Shown one piece after another: positions 11,128-22,230 of a stretch of DNA of 64,000 nt (its first letter is position 1; each line of letters begins with the position of its first letter). Under the pieces are notes generated by a model. That model was not told the origin of the DNA and did not search any database. It saw nothing but the letters and a program-made list of their open reading frames with translations. Source of the stretch: Blastocladiella emersonii ATCC 22665 (taxonomy: Eukaryota > Fungi > Blastocladiomycota). Location of the stretch: contig JANHCV010000005.1 of the NCBI GenBank assembly GCA_025594325.1, positions 1,674,001 through 1,738,000 on the forward strand, in the 5' to 3' direction. The position numbers and the translations under genes are program-made.

Positions 11128-13569
11128 TCAGAACAGCCGCATCCCCGCCGCCGCGCCCGCGAGCACCGCGGTCCGCCCATCGAGCGCCCCGCTACTCTGC
11201 GCGGCCGCGCGCGCCTTGACCTCGAGGTCGGCGTAACGCAGCGACGTGGCGACAATCGTCTCCTCCGCCACCGTCTGCTGCTCGCTCCCCGCCCGCGCGA
11301 CGGTCCCGCGGAACCGCGCCTGCGGCAGGTACGCCTTTCCGTCCTTGTCGACGGGCACGAGCCGCACGACGTACGCGGGCGGGCTGTCGCCGACGCCGGG
11401 CACCTCGACGAGCGCCATGGTCGTCGGCTGCATCACGTCGATATCGCCGATCCCGTTGCCGACCATCGCGGCGGCGGCACCCTGGTCGGTGTCGCGCGGG
11501 TAGTACGCGTACTCGTACGCGGACGCGAGCGCGAGCGCGTTCTGCGAGCCCCACTGGAGGACCGACGCGAACACGATGACGGCGAGGAACGCGGCCGCGG
11601 AAACGAGCAGCAGCCACAGCTCGACGCGCACCGCGGTCCGCGTGTACAGCTGCGGGCCGTCCGCGTCGGTGTTCGTCTCGTACCCGCGCTTGGCGGTACC
11701 GCTGCCAGAGACCGACTTGGGCGTGGCCGTCACCCACCCGCCCGACGACGGCGCCGCGAGATCGAGCAGCGCCCACCCGTCGCCGCGCCGCTTGCCCGCG
11801 GTCTCGTCGCTGTCGCGGAGCTTGGTGAGGGCGCCGCCGAAGAACGAGGGCTCGTCGACCTGGCTCAGCCCGTCGCTGCCGGCCGTGCGCGGGAGACAGC
11901 GCATCGCGACGGCCTGCGGCTGCGGCGCGATCTGCATGGCGGCGACGAGGTCGACCTGGTTATCGGCCTTGCCGTCCGCGAGCGACGTGTTGCGGGCCGC
12001 GTCTGACGGCATCGGGAACAGCGTCATCTTCGTCTTGCACACCTGCGCGCCCGACAGGTACACGAGCAGCGGCACGCCGTTCTTGTCGTTGGACGCGGGC
12101 ACCGTCTTGTCGCCCGAGAAGAGCGGGCCGGACCCGCCGCGCGCCGAGAGCGTGCACCGCTGCGCCTTGCGGTTGCCATTGCGCTTGAGAATGTCCGAGT
12201 ACGGGTTCGCGGCGCGGACCGCCGCCAGCTCGTCGTTGGGCGTCACCGTGTTGGGCTTGAACTGCGCGAGTGACCGGTCCGCAGGCACGCACGACTGGTC
12301 GATGGCGCCGCCGAGGCCCGACCGCGCGGCGTAGTACTCGTGGCTGGCCGACACGTTGCGGAAGTGGATGTCCGAGGCCGTCGCGAGCGAGGTGCGCTTC
12401 GTGTACAGGTCGCCGCTCACCTCGGACCCGAACGACAGCGCCTCGATGGTCCCCGCGCGCACGGCGTCGGCCGTGGCGTGTAGCAGCAGCGAGTGCGAGG
12501 TGCCGTACGTTGACCCCGACGTGTCCATGTCGTACTGCGACATGTCGAGGTACATGAACGGGCCGACGTTGAGCTTGGTCGATTTCGGGTCGCGGTCCTC
12601 GGAGAAGGCGACCGCGTCCTTGGCGCCGGCGCGCGCGTCGATCCACGCCTTGACGTCGTCGGACGTGAGCCCGCACCGCATGCTGTACCCCTGGACGGCG
12701 GTCTTGACGACGGCCGCGCCGTAGATGGCCTGGGTCTGGTCGGTCACGGCGCCGCCGCCCGTGGCCATGGCGGACCGCGTCTGCCCCGCCGACTCGGTCG
12801 TGTACACGAGCGGCACGGGCACGGCAAACTCGGCGGCCTTGTTCTGGAAGTTGGGGTCGGCGGCGCTGAACAGCTGCACCGAGTACATCTTGACCTGGAA
12901 CCCGAAGACCGACGACCGCCGGTGCATGAACTGCGTCGTCTCGGCAAACGCGCGGCGGCCGACGGCGGGCGACGCGAGGTGGCTCAGGTCGACGGGCTGG
13001 AGCTTGCTGCCGACGGGCTCGCCGCCCGGGCAGGTGTCGGGGTACAGGATGCCCGCGGCGGCGTCGATCTCGGTGATGGTGCCCGAGGTGCGGACCCAGT
13101 CGCGCTCGGCGTCGGGCGGCGCGAGCCCCGGCGCGGGGACCGCAGCGCGGATCGCGGCGTAGACGGACTCGCGCGGGACGGCGCGGCCGACGCTCGCCGA
13201 CGCGACGAACGGGCGCACGGCGGCGTTGGTCTGCTGGACCCACGCGAGCCGCGTGTCGCCCGTGCGCTGCAGGTTGGCGAGCGCGCTCGACATGGCCCAG
13301 TCGGCGATCAGGCCCGTCGCCGCGACGAGCGTGAGGAGGAGTACCAGCGCGCCCTGCGCCGGCTGGCCCGACTGGAACTTGCGCAGCGTCTGGCGAACCG
13401 CCACGGGCACCGCCGACGGGATCGACAGGTTCATGAGCAGCGGCAGGCCGGGGCGCGAGGCGAAGAAGACCTGGTACGCCAGCGTGGCGAGCGCACTCGC
13501 GCCCACCATGCGGAACAAGGTCGACCACAGCGTGTACTCGGCCGGTCCGAGGAAGACGGCGAGCGCCAT
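11128..13569 (-). CDS. uncharacterised membrane protein (N-terminal TM segments, large putative ectodomain, C-terminal TM)
   Basis: 813-aa ORF with strong GC3 codon bias. Hydrophobic segments near the N-terminus and at VELWLLLVSAAAFLAVIVFASVL. Confidence 0.75.
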   Translation of the reverse strand: MALAVFLGPAEYTLWSTLFRMVGASALATLAYQVFFASRPGLPLLMNLSIPSAVPVAVRQTLRKFQSGQPAQGALVLLLTLVAATGLIADWAMSSALANLQRTGDTRLAWVQQTNAAVRPFVASASVGRAVPRESVYAAIRAAVPAPGLAPPDAERDWVRTSGTITEIDAAAGILYPDTCPGGEPVGSKLQPVDLSHLASPAVGRRAFAETTQFMHRRSSVFGFQVKMYSVQLFSAADPNFQNKAAEFAVPVPLVYTTESAGQTRSAMATGGGAVTDQTQAIYGAAVVKTAVQGYSMRCGLTSDDVKAWIDARAGAKDAVAFSEDRDPKSTKLNVGPFMYLDMSQYDMDTSGSTYGTSHSLLLHATADAVRAGTIEALSFGSEVSGDLYTKRTSLATASDIHFRNVSASHEYYAARSGLGGAIDQSCVPADRSLAQFKPNTVTPNDELAAVRAANPYSDILKRNGNRKAQRCTLSARGGSGPLFSGDKTVPASNDKNGVPLLVYLSGAQVCKTKMTLFPMPSDAARNTSLADGKADNQVDLVAAMQIAPQPQAVAMRCLPRTAGSDGLSQVDEPSFFGGALTKLRDSDETAGKRRGDGWALLDLAAPSSGGWVTATPKSVSGSGTAKRGYETNTDADGPQLYTRTAVRVELWLLLVSAAAFLAVIVFASVLQWGSQNALALASAYEYAYYPRDTDQGAAAAMVGNGIGDIDVMQPTTMALVEVPGVGDSPPAYVVRLVPVDKDGKAYLPQARFRGTVARAGSEQQTVAEETIVATSLRYADLEVKARAAAQSSGALDGRTAVLAGAAAGMRLF

Positions 13570-14051
13570 GGCTGGTCGGAGAGTCGTCTAAGGGGGTCTA
13601 TCGAGGAGGGTGGCGGTCGCCGAGATGATGATGATGGCGCACGAGGAGAGGAGAGAGCGAGCGCAAGGGACGCTCACCGCAAAGGCTTGCGGCCGGCCGA
13701 AACCGCCACCGAGTCACCCGCTTGGGTCCACCTGCGCCACGCCACCGCAGTCATGACGCTGCGCCTCGCGGTGCTGTGGCGCAGCGCGTGCTGCATCGCG
13801 TATCCCTGAACGGGTCCATTGCTCCCAGTCGCGACATCGGCTCGCGCTTCATCCAATGCATCGAGTCGTCGTCCCTGCTCGCGACCTTAGCGACTTGGCG
13901 GGGGAGGTGGCGGTGTTGACCGCGGCGCCGGAGGCGCACGTGCGTCATCAGCGCGACGCGTCTCGCAGTGCGTCTCGCGTCTGCGCGCCGGCTCTTGCAA
14001 TGCTCACGCTCGACACCCACCATTGATGCAACTCTATGTAACTCTGTGCAA

Positions 14052-14712
14052 ATGAACAGCAAACCCGCCCCGCTGCTTCCGACGGGACCCCCCAAATCCG
14101 CGGCGACGGCGCCGCACGTCCCGCGCCTCTACTTCCCGCTCGCCGCCCTCGTCGGTGGCTTCTGCGTCATCGACCTCGCCCTCGTCAACTTTGGCGGCTA
14201 CATGCGCCACTCGCTCTACATCCTCGGCAGCGTCTTCGTCGTCCAGGTCCTGCTCGTGATTCTCGCGATTGCCCTGCTGCTGGTCCTCGTCGCGAGCACG
14301 CGCGCGTTTCGCGCCGGGCACATTCCGCTCATTGCGAACACGGTGCGCCGGCCGCTCCAGGCCGCCGCCGCGTACGCCGCCCTGCTCCTGGCTGCGCGCG
14401 GGTATCAGCTGGTGCGTCGTTTAGTCGCGGACGATGAGTCGGTGGGAACTCACGCAACGTCGCGCGTAGTCCGAGTATGCCAAGTGCTGGTACCAAGTGT
14501 GCCCGTCACCATCCGCCGCGAGCGCAACCATCTGGACATCGCCGTTCATCGCCGCCCAGGTCCTCATCAAGCTCGGTACGACCTGCATGCTCGAATGGGG
14601 ATGATTCGGACGACTAACGACTCGTCTCGGTGCAGGCTCGCTCGTCTACTACACGGCCGTCGGATGCACGCTCGCACGCATCCTCGCCATCCCCAACGTG
14701 CCCAACGCGTAG
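14052..14712 (+). CDS. TMEM138: TMEM138-like ciliary membrane protein
   Basis: Three exons with predicted introns at 14412-14469 and 14576-14635 (branch site CTAAC). Spliced product has VQVLLVILAIALLLVLVASTRAFRAGHIPLI...YAALLL...WTSPFIAAQVLIKLGSLVYY, matching the TMEM138 pattern (NTFVFQAGLVNLL...YFAL...WTDGLQMLFVFQRL..VLY) as I recall it. Confidence 0.65.
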
Positions 14713-15307
14713 CCCGATCCACCGCCTCACGGCAGCTCCGCAGAAGTCGGCGACGCTGCTCACCTCGACTCTCTCAACGTCGACCCGCTCAATCCCGAGC
14801 GCTATCCCCAACGACGATTGCCGCACCATCGACTCACGGGTCCTCGCGGACGCTGAGCCTGGCCACTGGCTCGCGCTACACTGGCCCTGGCTGCCCGGTC
14901 CCCACTGCTTCGCGGGCGATGCGATTGAGCATGGAAGGAGAAAAACCTTCAGCCCAAGCACTTTCGACGTTGTGAGATCCTGAATTGGTTGACGTGGTGG
15001 AATGATAATGATCGTGATTGAGTTGACGTGGTCCTCAGAGGAGCGTGGTGTCCACGGGGCCGACCATGGCCAAGCGGGTGCCGTTCAGGCTGTAGGCGCT
15101 CGTTTCTCGCTCTTGCTCCTTCTCCCTCGAGCTTCGACCCGCCTTGCTATGCGTTGCACCGTGTGTCCACTGGGCAACCCGCTGGTCCACACACTCGCAG
15201 AATCGCAGAATCGCAGAATCGCCCCACGAGCTTGCTCTCGTGGCGAATTAGTTGACCCTACCGCGTCTTGCCAACAGCAGTTGGGAGCGTTGGCAACGTA
15301 AGCAGCC

Positions 15308-15617
15308 TCAACCGGCTTGCAGCTGCAACCCGTACGCGACCGCGGCCACTGCGGCTGGCCTTTTCTTTGCGGCCCATCCGCGTGCCGCTTTCACGTCGCT
15401 CATCCAAAGCGACTTCATTTTCATGTCCGCTCCAGCCTCCTTCTGGGATATGATCCCCGAGCACGCTTTCAAGGTCGTCAAGTTCATCGAAGCTGATGCG
15501 CAATCCGAGGGTGGCGACCATCATGGGCAGGACGCCTCGGCGATGCCCGCGGAAGAGTGAAGGAGATCGCCGTCGCGCACGGGCGGTCGCGTCGCCCCGC
15601 TTTGTCCTATTGTTATA
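15308..15617 (+). pseudogene. 3' fragment of F-box-like subfamily A gene with 3' UTR
   Basis: Near-identical, inverted copy of 4190-4500 (PACSCNPYATAA...DHHGQDASAMPAEE*). Confidence 0.8.
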
Positions 15618-15620
15618 TTG

Positions 15621-15638
15621 AATCGAGGGCTAAAGCCC
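15621..15638 (+). repeat. left subterminal inverted repeat AATCGAGGGCTAAAGCCC
   Basis: Exact reverse complement of 19657-19674; contains the palindrome GAGGGCT-AA-AGCCCTC (15625-15640). Confidence 0.9.
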
Positions 15639-15744
15639 TCTTTCTAGACCGCATCGCGGCCGGATAGGCTGCCGACGCTCACGTGAGCATGTCGCCCTCT
15701 CGTCATGTGAATGTCCTCAAAACGCGTGACAGACGCGTCGTTTG

Positions 15745-16864
15745 TCATCTGACCGCTGTGGCGCAACGCGTCCTGGCTGCGCACGTGACGTGCTTCGGCC
15801 CAACCCGCGGATGCGTGGGGTTCGGCTGGTCGCGCAAGCGCGTTGCTCGACGCGCGGTGCGCTTTGCACCGACTTGCGCGGGAAGATCAGATCGTGGGAA
15901 AGCGAAAAGTCTATCTTTGAGCGAAAGGAAACAAGAGTCTGCTCGAGGGGAATGAACAAAGTCGGGGCGGGAGCGAGTGCAGCAGGTCGACGAGGACAGG
16001 CGGCCGCTGCGGCGCCGCTTGGGCTGCGCCTCGTGCTCGTCGTTGACGACGCACTCCTCGTGCTCCTCCTCGGCGGCCGCGGCGGCGGTCGCCGCCGTGC
16101 GCTTCGTCGCGTTGGCGGTAGACGTCGGGACACCGGCTTGGTCGTCACCGATGGCGGCGGGCGTGCACGCCGCGAGCGCAGCGGTTGTCGGAGCCGCAGC
16201 TGCGGCCGCGTCGTCCATGTCGCACCCGACCGACACGGAGTTTGAGTCCGGCACCCCCACGACGATCTTGTCGATGCTGCCGATCGCGATGAACGAGTGC
16301 GTCCAAATGGGGTCCGCGCAGCTCGGGAAGCCGCCGTACTTCTTGGTGCCGGTGTTCTTGCCGCCGGCGTTCTTGGTGTTGGCGGGCGAGTTGATGGCGG
16401 GCGGCACGACAGCGGGCGGCTGGATCGCGTGCTCCTGCGTCACGGGCGCCGCGGCGGGCGAGACGACGGCGGCCGAGATGTTGACGGGCTGCTGGATCGT
16501 GAGCTGCTGCGCCGCGGGTTCCGCGGCAATCGAGGCGGCGACCTGCTGCACACCGTGACCAGCGGCGCCCGATGCGACGCCGTTTGCCGCGGCGCGGGCG
16601 GCCTGGTGCGCGGCGAGGTTGTTGACAAAGTTCTCGCGGCCGTCGCGCATGCACTCGTGGTACACCTCCGTGGCCTCGTTGAGCTCGGCCCGCATGCCCT
16701 TCATCGTGCGCGGCACGCCTGCCGAGGTGAAGGCCTCGTCGCCGGGGAAGCCCGGGTCGTCGTCGGATTCTGAAGAGTCCGACGCGTTCACGTCGCAGAG
16801 GAACCGCGGCTGCGGCGGTGCCGTCAGCGTCGCGCGAGCCGGAGCCGTGCTTGGCGACGTCGGT
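15745..16864 (-). CDS. cargo ORF inside the Helentron-like element, probably 5'-truncated
   Basis: Open frame with strong coding bias (EATEVYHECMRDGRENFVNNLAAHQ; EEEHEECVVNDEHEAQPKRRR). No in-frame ATG at its start. Confidence 0.55.
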
Positions 16865-16869
16865 CAGTC

Positions 16870-19529
16870 GGAGAACGACATTGTTCTCGACCCGACTATC
16901 GTCAACTCGGACGTGGAGGGCATCCTGGCCGACAACGGCGAAACCGAGGCGAACCTCGAGCGCATCAAGAGCGTGACCTCTACGCTGATCCCTGGAATGG
17001 GCCACGGCATGATGGGCACCCTGCTCTTCCCCGACGTGCAGCCGTTCGATGTCAACGCCGCGCCGCCGCCGCCGTACCTCGAGACGCCCATCTCGCCGAC
17101 TGACGTCAAGAAAATCATGGCTCAACTATGCGCTGCCGCGGCTCAAGGTCATCCGACCGCGGATGTCGGCGCCGTACCTGTCGTTCCCGGGCCCAGGCAG
17201 CCGCCCATGATCGGTATTGTTCCCGCAGTGCCATCTGGAGCCTTGAAAAACACATCTCAGCATGGTATCGACCCGGAAATGGCCGCCGACGTGCCCGAAC
17301 CAGAACTCGGACCACCCGTCGACGTTTGGCGCAGCGCCTTCACAACCACGCCAACGGATCCTGACGCGCGCGCGCGGTTCCTCATCACCAAGGCCGCGCA
17401 CTCGATCAGCAACTTTGCCTACGACACACGCGGCGACGAGTGGAGCGACGGAAAGCAGCGCACTGTGCACACGCCCGCGTACGCGAGCCTCGCGCAGGTC
17501 TCGCTCAAGTTCAACCTCAACGAAGAGCAGCACCGCGCGTTCGTGCTCTTTCTCATGCCGCTCATCGACACCTTCATCGGCGGCAACGCGGGTATCGCTC
17601 GGCCGAGCAGAACGTGATCCTGTTGGGCCGCGACAACGTCCAACATGTCGTCGGCACCGCGGCCCTCCCGCCCATGAGCAAGGACCGGACGCCGATCATC
17701 CTCACCGGCTTGGGCGGCACGGGCAAGTCGCGCGTCGTCGATGCAATCCGATACTTTCTCGCGTCCTGGAACCGGGAAAGTGCCTCATGGTCATGGCCAT
17801 GACCGGGATTGCGGCCGCCGACATTGGCGGTACGACCATCCACGCCGCGTTCTCTTTCTCGCTAAGGCCGAAAGAAAACAGCCCGGACGTGGCCCGTTTG
17901 CGTACCGATCCTGCGGTTGCCATCGCGTGGAAAGGGCGTCTCGGCGTCGTCATCGACGAGTTCTCCATGTGCGACGCGACTTTACTCGGCCGTATCGACG
18001 CGAACCTGCGCCTCCTGCGGCGGTGCGACGAACCATTCGGCGGGTGCATCGTCATGCTCGCTGGCGATCATTTACAGCTGCCTCCCGTCAACGGAACTGC
18101 CCTGTACAAGGTGCCCGCCGTGCTCAACGACGCGCCGGACTCGTTCTACCTGCGCATGACGTCAAATCAATTGACGGTCCCCGAGCACGTGGATCGAGGC
18201 CAGGTCGCGTACTGGCGCACTACACGCGCTGTTCGTCTCGTGAAGAGCAACCGATTTGTCGACGATCCACCATGGGGCAACGAAATGGACGCGCTCCGCC
18301 TCGTCGAGGCGTCGGACACGCTGTCCGACCTGATCAACTCGCGTACGACCACTCAGCTTCAGCAGTACGTCGACGAAAACGGCAACAACGTCCACAAGGA
18401 GATCCTCAAGAAGCCCGGACTCACGGTTATCGCGCCCGACAACCACACGCGCCACGCCTTCAACCTGCTCTACACGCGGCTCGCAGCAGCAAACCCGAAC
18501 CGCATCGTGTTCCAGACCAAGGGCAACATCACGCGCCCGCGTGATAGGCGCCGCACGCGTGAACGCGTCGCCATCTGCGACAAGGACGTGTTTCGCCTCG
18601 GAGGAGAGCCAGAAACCACGACTGAACTGCCGGCCATCCTCAAGCTCTTCGTCGGAATGGAGATGCGCGTCAAGACCAACCAGTGCGTAGCAAAGGGGTG
18701 CGCGAACGGTGCGGTTGGCGTCGTGCACCACATCGACTGGAAGCCCGAGACCACGTTTACGCGAACCGCGTCCAACATGTACCGGCCATCCTGCGCTCCA
18801 CTCAACGTGTGGATCGACCTGCCCGACGCTCCTTGTGGCCCTCGCTTCCCGGGCATGCCGGCCGCGTGGCCTGACACGGTCATCCCGCTTGCCGTGGAGA
18901 AGAAGGACCTCCTGTACATGGCGGGCGGTTCCCCGTCGCGAGAGCGGGTCGTCAGCACAACGGGGGATTCGCTCCCACTCTGTGTCAACAACACCAAGAC
19001 CAACAGGAGCAAGTATCCTAATCATGCCGTCGCGCACATCGAGCAGTACCCGATGGTGCCAGCCTTCGCCATGATGGTCCACGGGGTTCAAGGCGTGACC
19101 AAGAACGCCATCGCCCTGGCAGCTCCGCGTCCCGCGGGCATGGAGCGTCTCATCAGCGGCGCTTCCCTGTACGTGGCGTTATCGCGGCTTTGTCGCTCAA
19201 AGTACCTGTGGGTGCTTCAGCCGATCCCGAGAGCCGTGCTCAAGTCCATGAAGCCGGATCCACTCGCAGTGGCCGAGGACAACCGGCTCCAGATGCTCGA
19301 CGAGCTGACCAAGACCGCTTTCGATCAAGGTACAGCCATCGCGCCAGGCGACCCGCGCATCGCTAAACTCTTTGACGACGCGACTCTCTTCTCGCGCCAG
19401 CACGCGGCTGAGAAGATAGTCGCCAAGCGCGCGTCAGATGCTCTCAACGCAAGGTTTCGGCGATTGGCCAACAAACGTGCTGGAGGCGAGGACGGCTCAC
19501 AGAACGCCAAGAAACAGAAAACACAGTAG
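16870..19529 (+). pseudogene. PIF1-family (Helitron-type) helicase with two frameshifts
   Basis: LNEEQHRAF, Walker A GLGGTGKS, AMTGIAAADIGGTTIH, VIDEFSM, GDHLQLPPV, QYPMVPAFAM, YVALSRL. Frame changes near 17600 and 17775. Confidence 0.88.
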
Positions 19530-19656
19530 AGAATTAACCTAGTGTATTCCATCATCCAATCCATCAATAGCACGATTTCCATAGCTCGATCACCTAAATC
19601 TCCTGTGCGGGACGCACGCGACAGCACCTCCACCACTCGTGCACCATACGTGGCGG

Positions 19657-19700
19657 GGGCTTTAGCCCTCGATTGAAAACCAAACGCGAAGCGTTTAGGT
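19657..19700 (+). repeat. right subterminal inverted repeat plus 3' stem-loop
   Basis: GGGCTTTAGCCCTCGATT (19657-19674), then AAACGC-GAA-GCGTTT (19682-19696). Confidence 0.88.
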
Positions 19701-19931
19701 GCCCCAAGTATAATTTTTTGTTTGGTTGATTACATGTTCTTCCTTGACCAAACACAAATCCCTGCGATGCCGCGAGAGTATCGCGGCGAGCGTGTCAGGT
19801 GTGGCGCAACGCGGTCACATGAGGCGATCAGGTGCGCTGTTCCCACGCTTGCGCGCGACCGCGGCGCGACTGCTGCTCGTCGCGCCAACTCTTCCCTCGC
19901 GCCCCCACTCTATTCAATAGCCTAATTAGCG

Positions 19932-22230
19932 ATGAACGACACCATGCAATCCGCCGGCGACCCACCGGCCTACACTCTTGCAGGTTTGCCCGACCAGGTC
20001 ACGGCTTTAGTGCTCCAGCTCTGCACACCGCGGTCGTGGTTCGCCGAATCGTCATCTCGCATGGCTGCTTGCGCACGCGACAACCCCGTCGAGCTGTTCT
20101 GGACGTTCAAGATCGTCACCAACCTCACGCACAAGCCTGCCCTCGTCGGAAATTATGGTTGGCAGAAGGACGCTGCAACCAGTCTCTTGATCCCACCTTT
20201 CGTCCGTCCCAACACCTCCGACCGCTCTCGTCAGCCGCCGCTTCCGACCACACTTCTTGTCAATTACGCGACCCTGCTCGACCGTCGGCTCCGCCTCGCC
20301 AACGTGGACACGGCGATGCTGCGGCGCTGCATCTCAGTCCCGATCATCGACGTTCATTCCGCACGCGCTTTTTTGTTCCAGCACCCGCTCATCGGGTATC
20401 TTCGACTCCTTTTCTTGTCGACCGCTACTGGTCGCCTCGACGTTGCGAACGCCATGCTCAATACGGTGCTTACCCGCGCGCCGCAGCTGCTTGACGTCGA
20501 GCTCGCGGTCTTGGAGTGGGTGCGACTCGTCCATCGGGACCTCGCCTGGACCGGTCCCAGTCCTGGGAACGACGACGAAGACTTTTCGACGTATGACAAC
20601 AGCGTGCCGCTCGACTCTCCCTTGCGTACCGTTCGGCTCGTCGACTTTCTCTTCTTCGTCTCGATTGCGTGCTGGGAATACCCAATGTTTCAACGGCTTC
20701 TTGCGGAGACTTGTTGCCACATCGACACGGACGCTGTTTTCCACATGCTCGACGCGTCGGGCCCGTTCACCGTCATCCGTTCTTGCGTGCCGGAGCCCTC
20801 ATCTGACCACGAGCTGGAAATCTCCGAGATCATGATATGGGTTCTTGAGAACGGCGCGCTCAAGCTTCCTCGTTACCGTGACGATTTCGTTTCGGCCGGC
20901 GTGCGCCATGGTCCTTGGGTGTTTTTCGCGCTCCTTGCACGCGTTCCCGAGCTGGTTGCGCCGGCGCTCTCCGCTGACAACAACTCGGAGAACACTCCGT
21001 CTCGCCGATTGTTTCACAGGGACCTGTTGGAGTGGCTGTTCGCGGGACAAATCGGCCTTGCTGACATCAAGCGCGTCATGACGCACCTGTCCCTTGGCGA
21101 CAGCGCCATGTACTCCATCATTGGTTATGCCGTGCCTCGTGACGAGTCAGACTTTATCGCCGAGATACGCGCGCGCTACACGGAGCGCGATTGGGCCACG
21201 TTCATGGCCAAAGGTGCGTCATTGCCTTTTTTTCGCTCTCACAGGATGACTGCTGACCTCCACGCATTCGTGCGCGCAATTAGCTTTCATCGCCGCGCTA
21301 AATGACTCTCAGAACAAGTGCAAAGCGGCTCAGCACATCCTTCGGTATTCACTAACCTCTGGATCCGCAACCATGGCCGATTTTACGAGGTCTTTCAACC
21401 GCCCACATGCTTTCATCCACTGTCGGGCACTGCTTCAAGATGGAGAGCTTGTCGCGGATCCGCTCGACGTGCTTACTCTCATCGCGCCCCACATCGATGA
21501 TATAAAGCGTTATTCTTTGAACTCTTGCGACCTTCTTCTCGCTCGAATAGTCATCGGCGTAGTTAATTGCCCCGAGTCTCTTGAACCCGGCTTGCAAATC
21601 ATGGAGCGAGCGAACGTGGAGGACACGCTGTTTTACGTTCTTGCATCGGCGTATAAGCAGCTTGCTCCTTCGCGTCGCCAAACTGGCGCGCAACCTACTC
21701 TTCCTATTTCTGGGGTCGATCTTTGTCTGCATTGCCCACTCGTCTACCAGCTGCCCTGGCGCGACGCCTTGCACGTTTTCTCGCTCGAGTTCCCAAAAAC
21801 GCTATGCGATCTCGTAAACGAGACCCTTCATGATGACTTGTGGAAGCATCTTGTCGAGTTTAGCGTTCCTTCTCACACCAGCGTTTGCAACGGCGACGGA
21901 TCTCAATCGAAACCAGCGTGCAGCTGCGACCGGCTTGCCTCGGTCGCCATGGTCGTGCGATGCTTCCTCATGCCCGATCCCCACTCAGCGTTCGAGGAAA
22001 TCCTTGGCAATCGCCGAGTTGGGCTCATGACCATCCCCTTTCCATTCTGGGACATGGTCCCTGACTCTGCGCTTCCAGCACTCAAGGACGTCTTACCAAC
22101 TACGGCGAGGATTAATTTGATGACGAGGACACGGACTATGGGGAGGGCACGGACTATGGCAGCTACGAGGACTCGGATTGCCGGGAGGAAACGGACTACG
22201 ACGACGACGAGCATTCGGATTACGACTAAG
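19932..22230 (+). pseudogene. F-box-like protein, subfamily A, copy B (damaged C-terminus)
   Basis: LAGLPDQVTALVLQLCTPR N-terminus; intron at about 21213-21282. The acidic tail (DDEDTDYGEGTDY...) lies in another frame behind a frameshift and a stop near 22100. Confidence 0.65.

Larger units (their letters stand above)
15618..19713 (+). mobile_element. non-autonomous Helitron2/Helentron-type rolling-circle element
   Basis: 18-bp inverted repeats at 15621-15638 and 19657-19674, each internally palindromic. 3' hairpin at 19682-19696 is followed by T6. Encodes a PIF1 helicase. The two flanks rejoin to match the uninterrupted paralogous UTR at 4150-4200. Confidence 0.8.

Noticed and set aside
15625-15648. 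Palindrome followed by CTAG read as a canonical Helitron 3' end
   Set aside because: Only 3 nt separate them, the next base is A rather than T, and it lies upstream of the helicase. The palindrome is better explained as the left subTIR.
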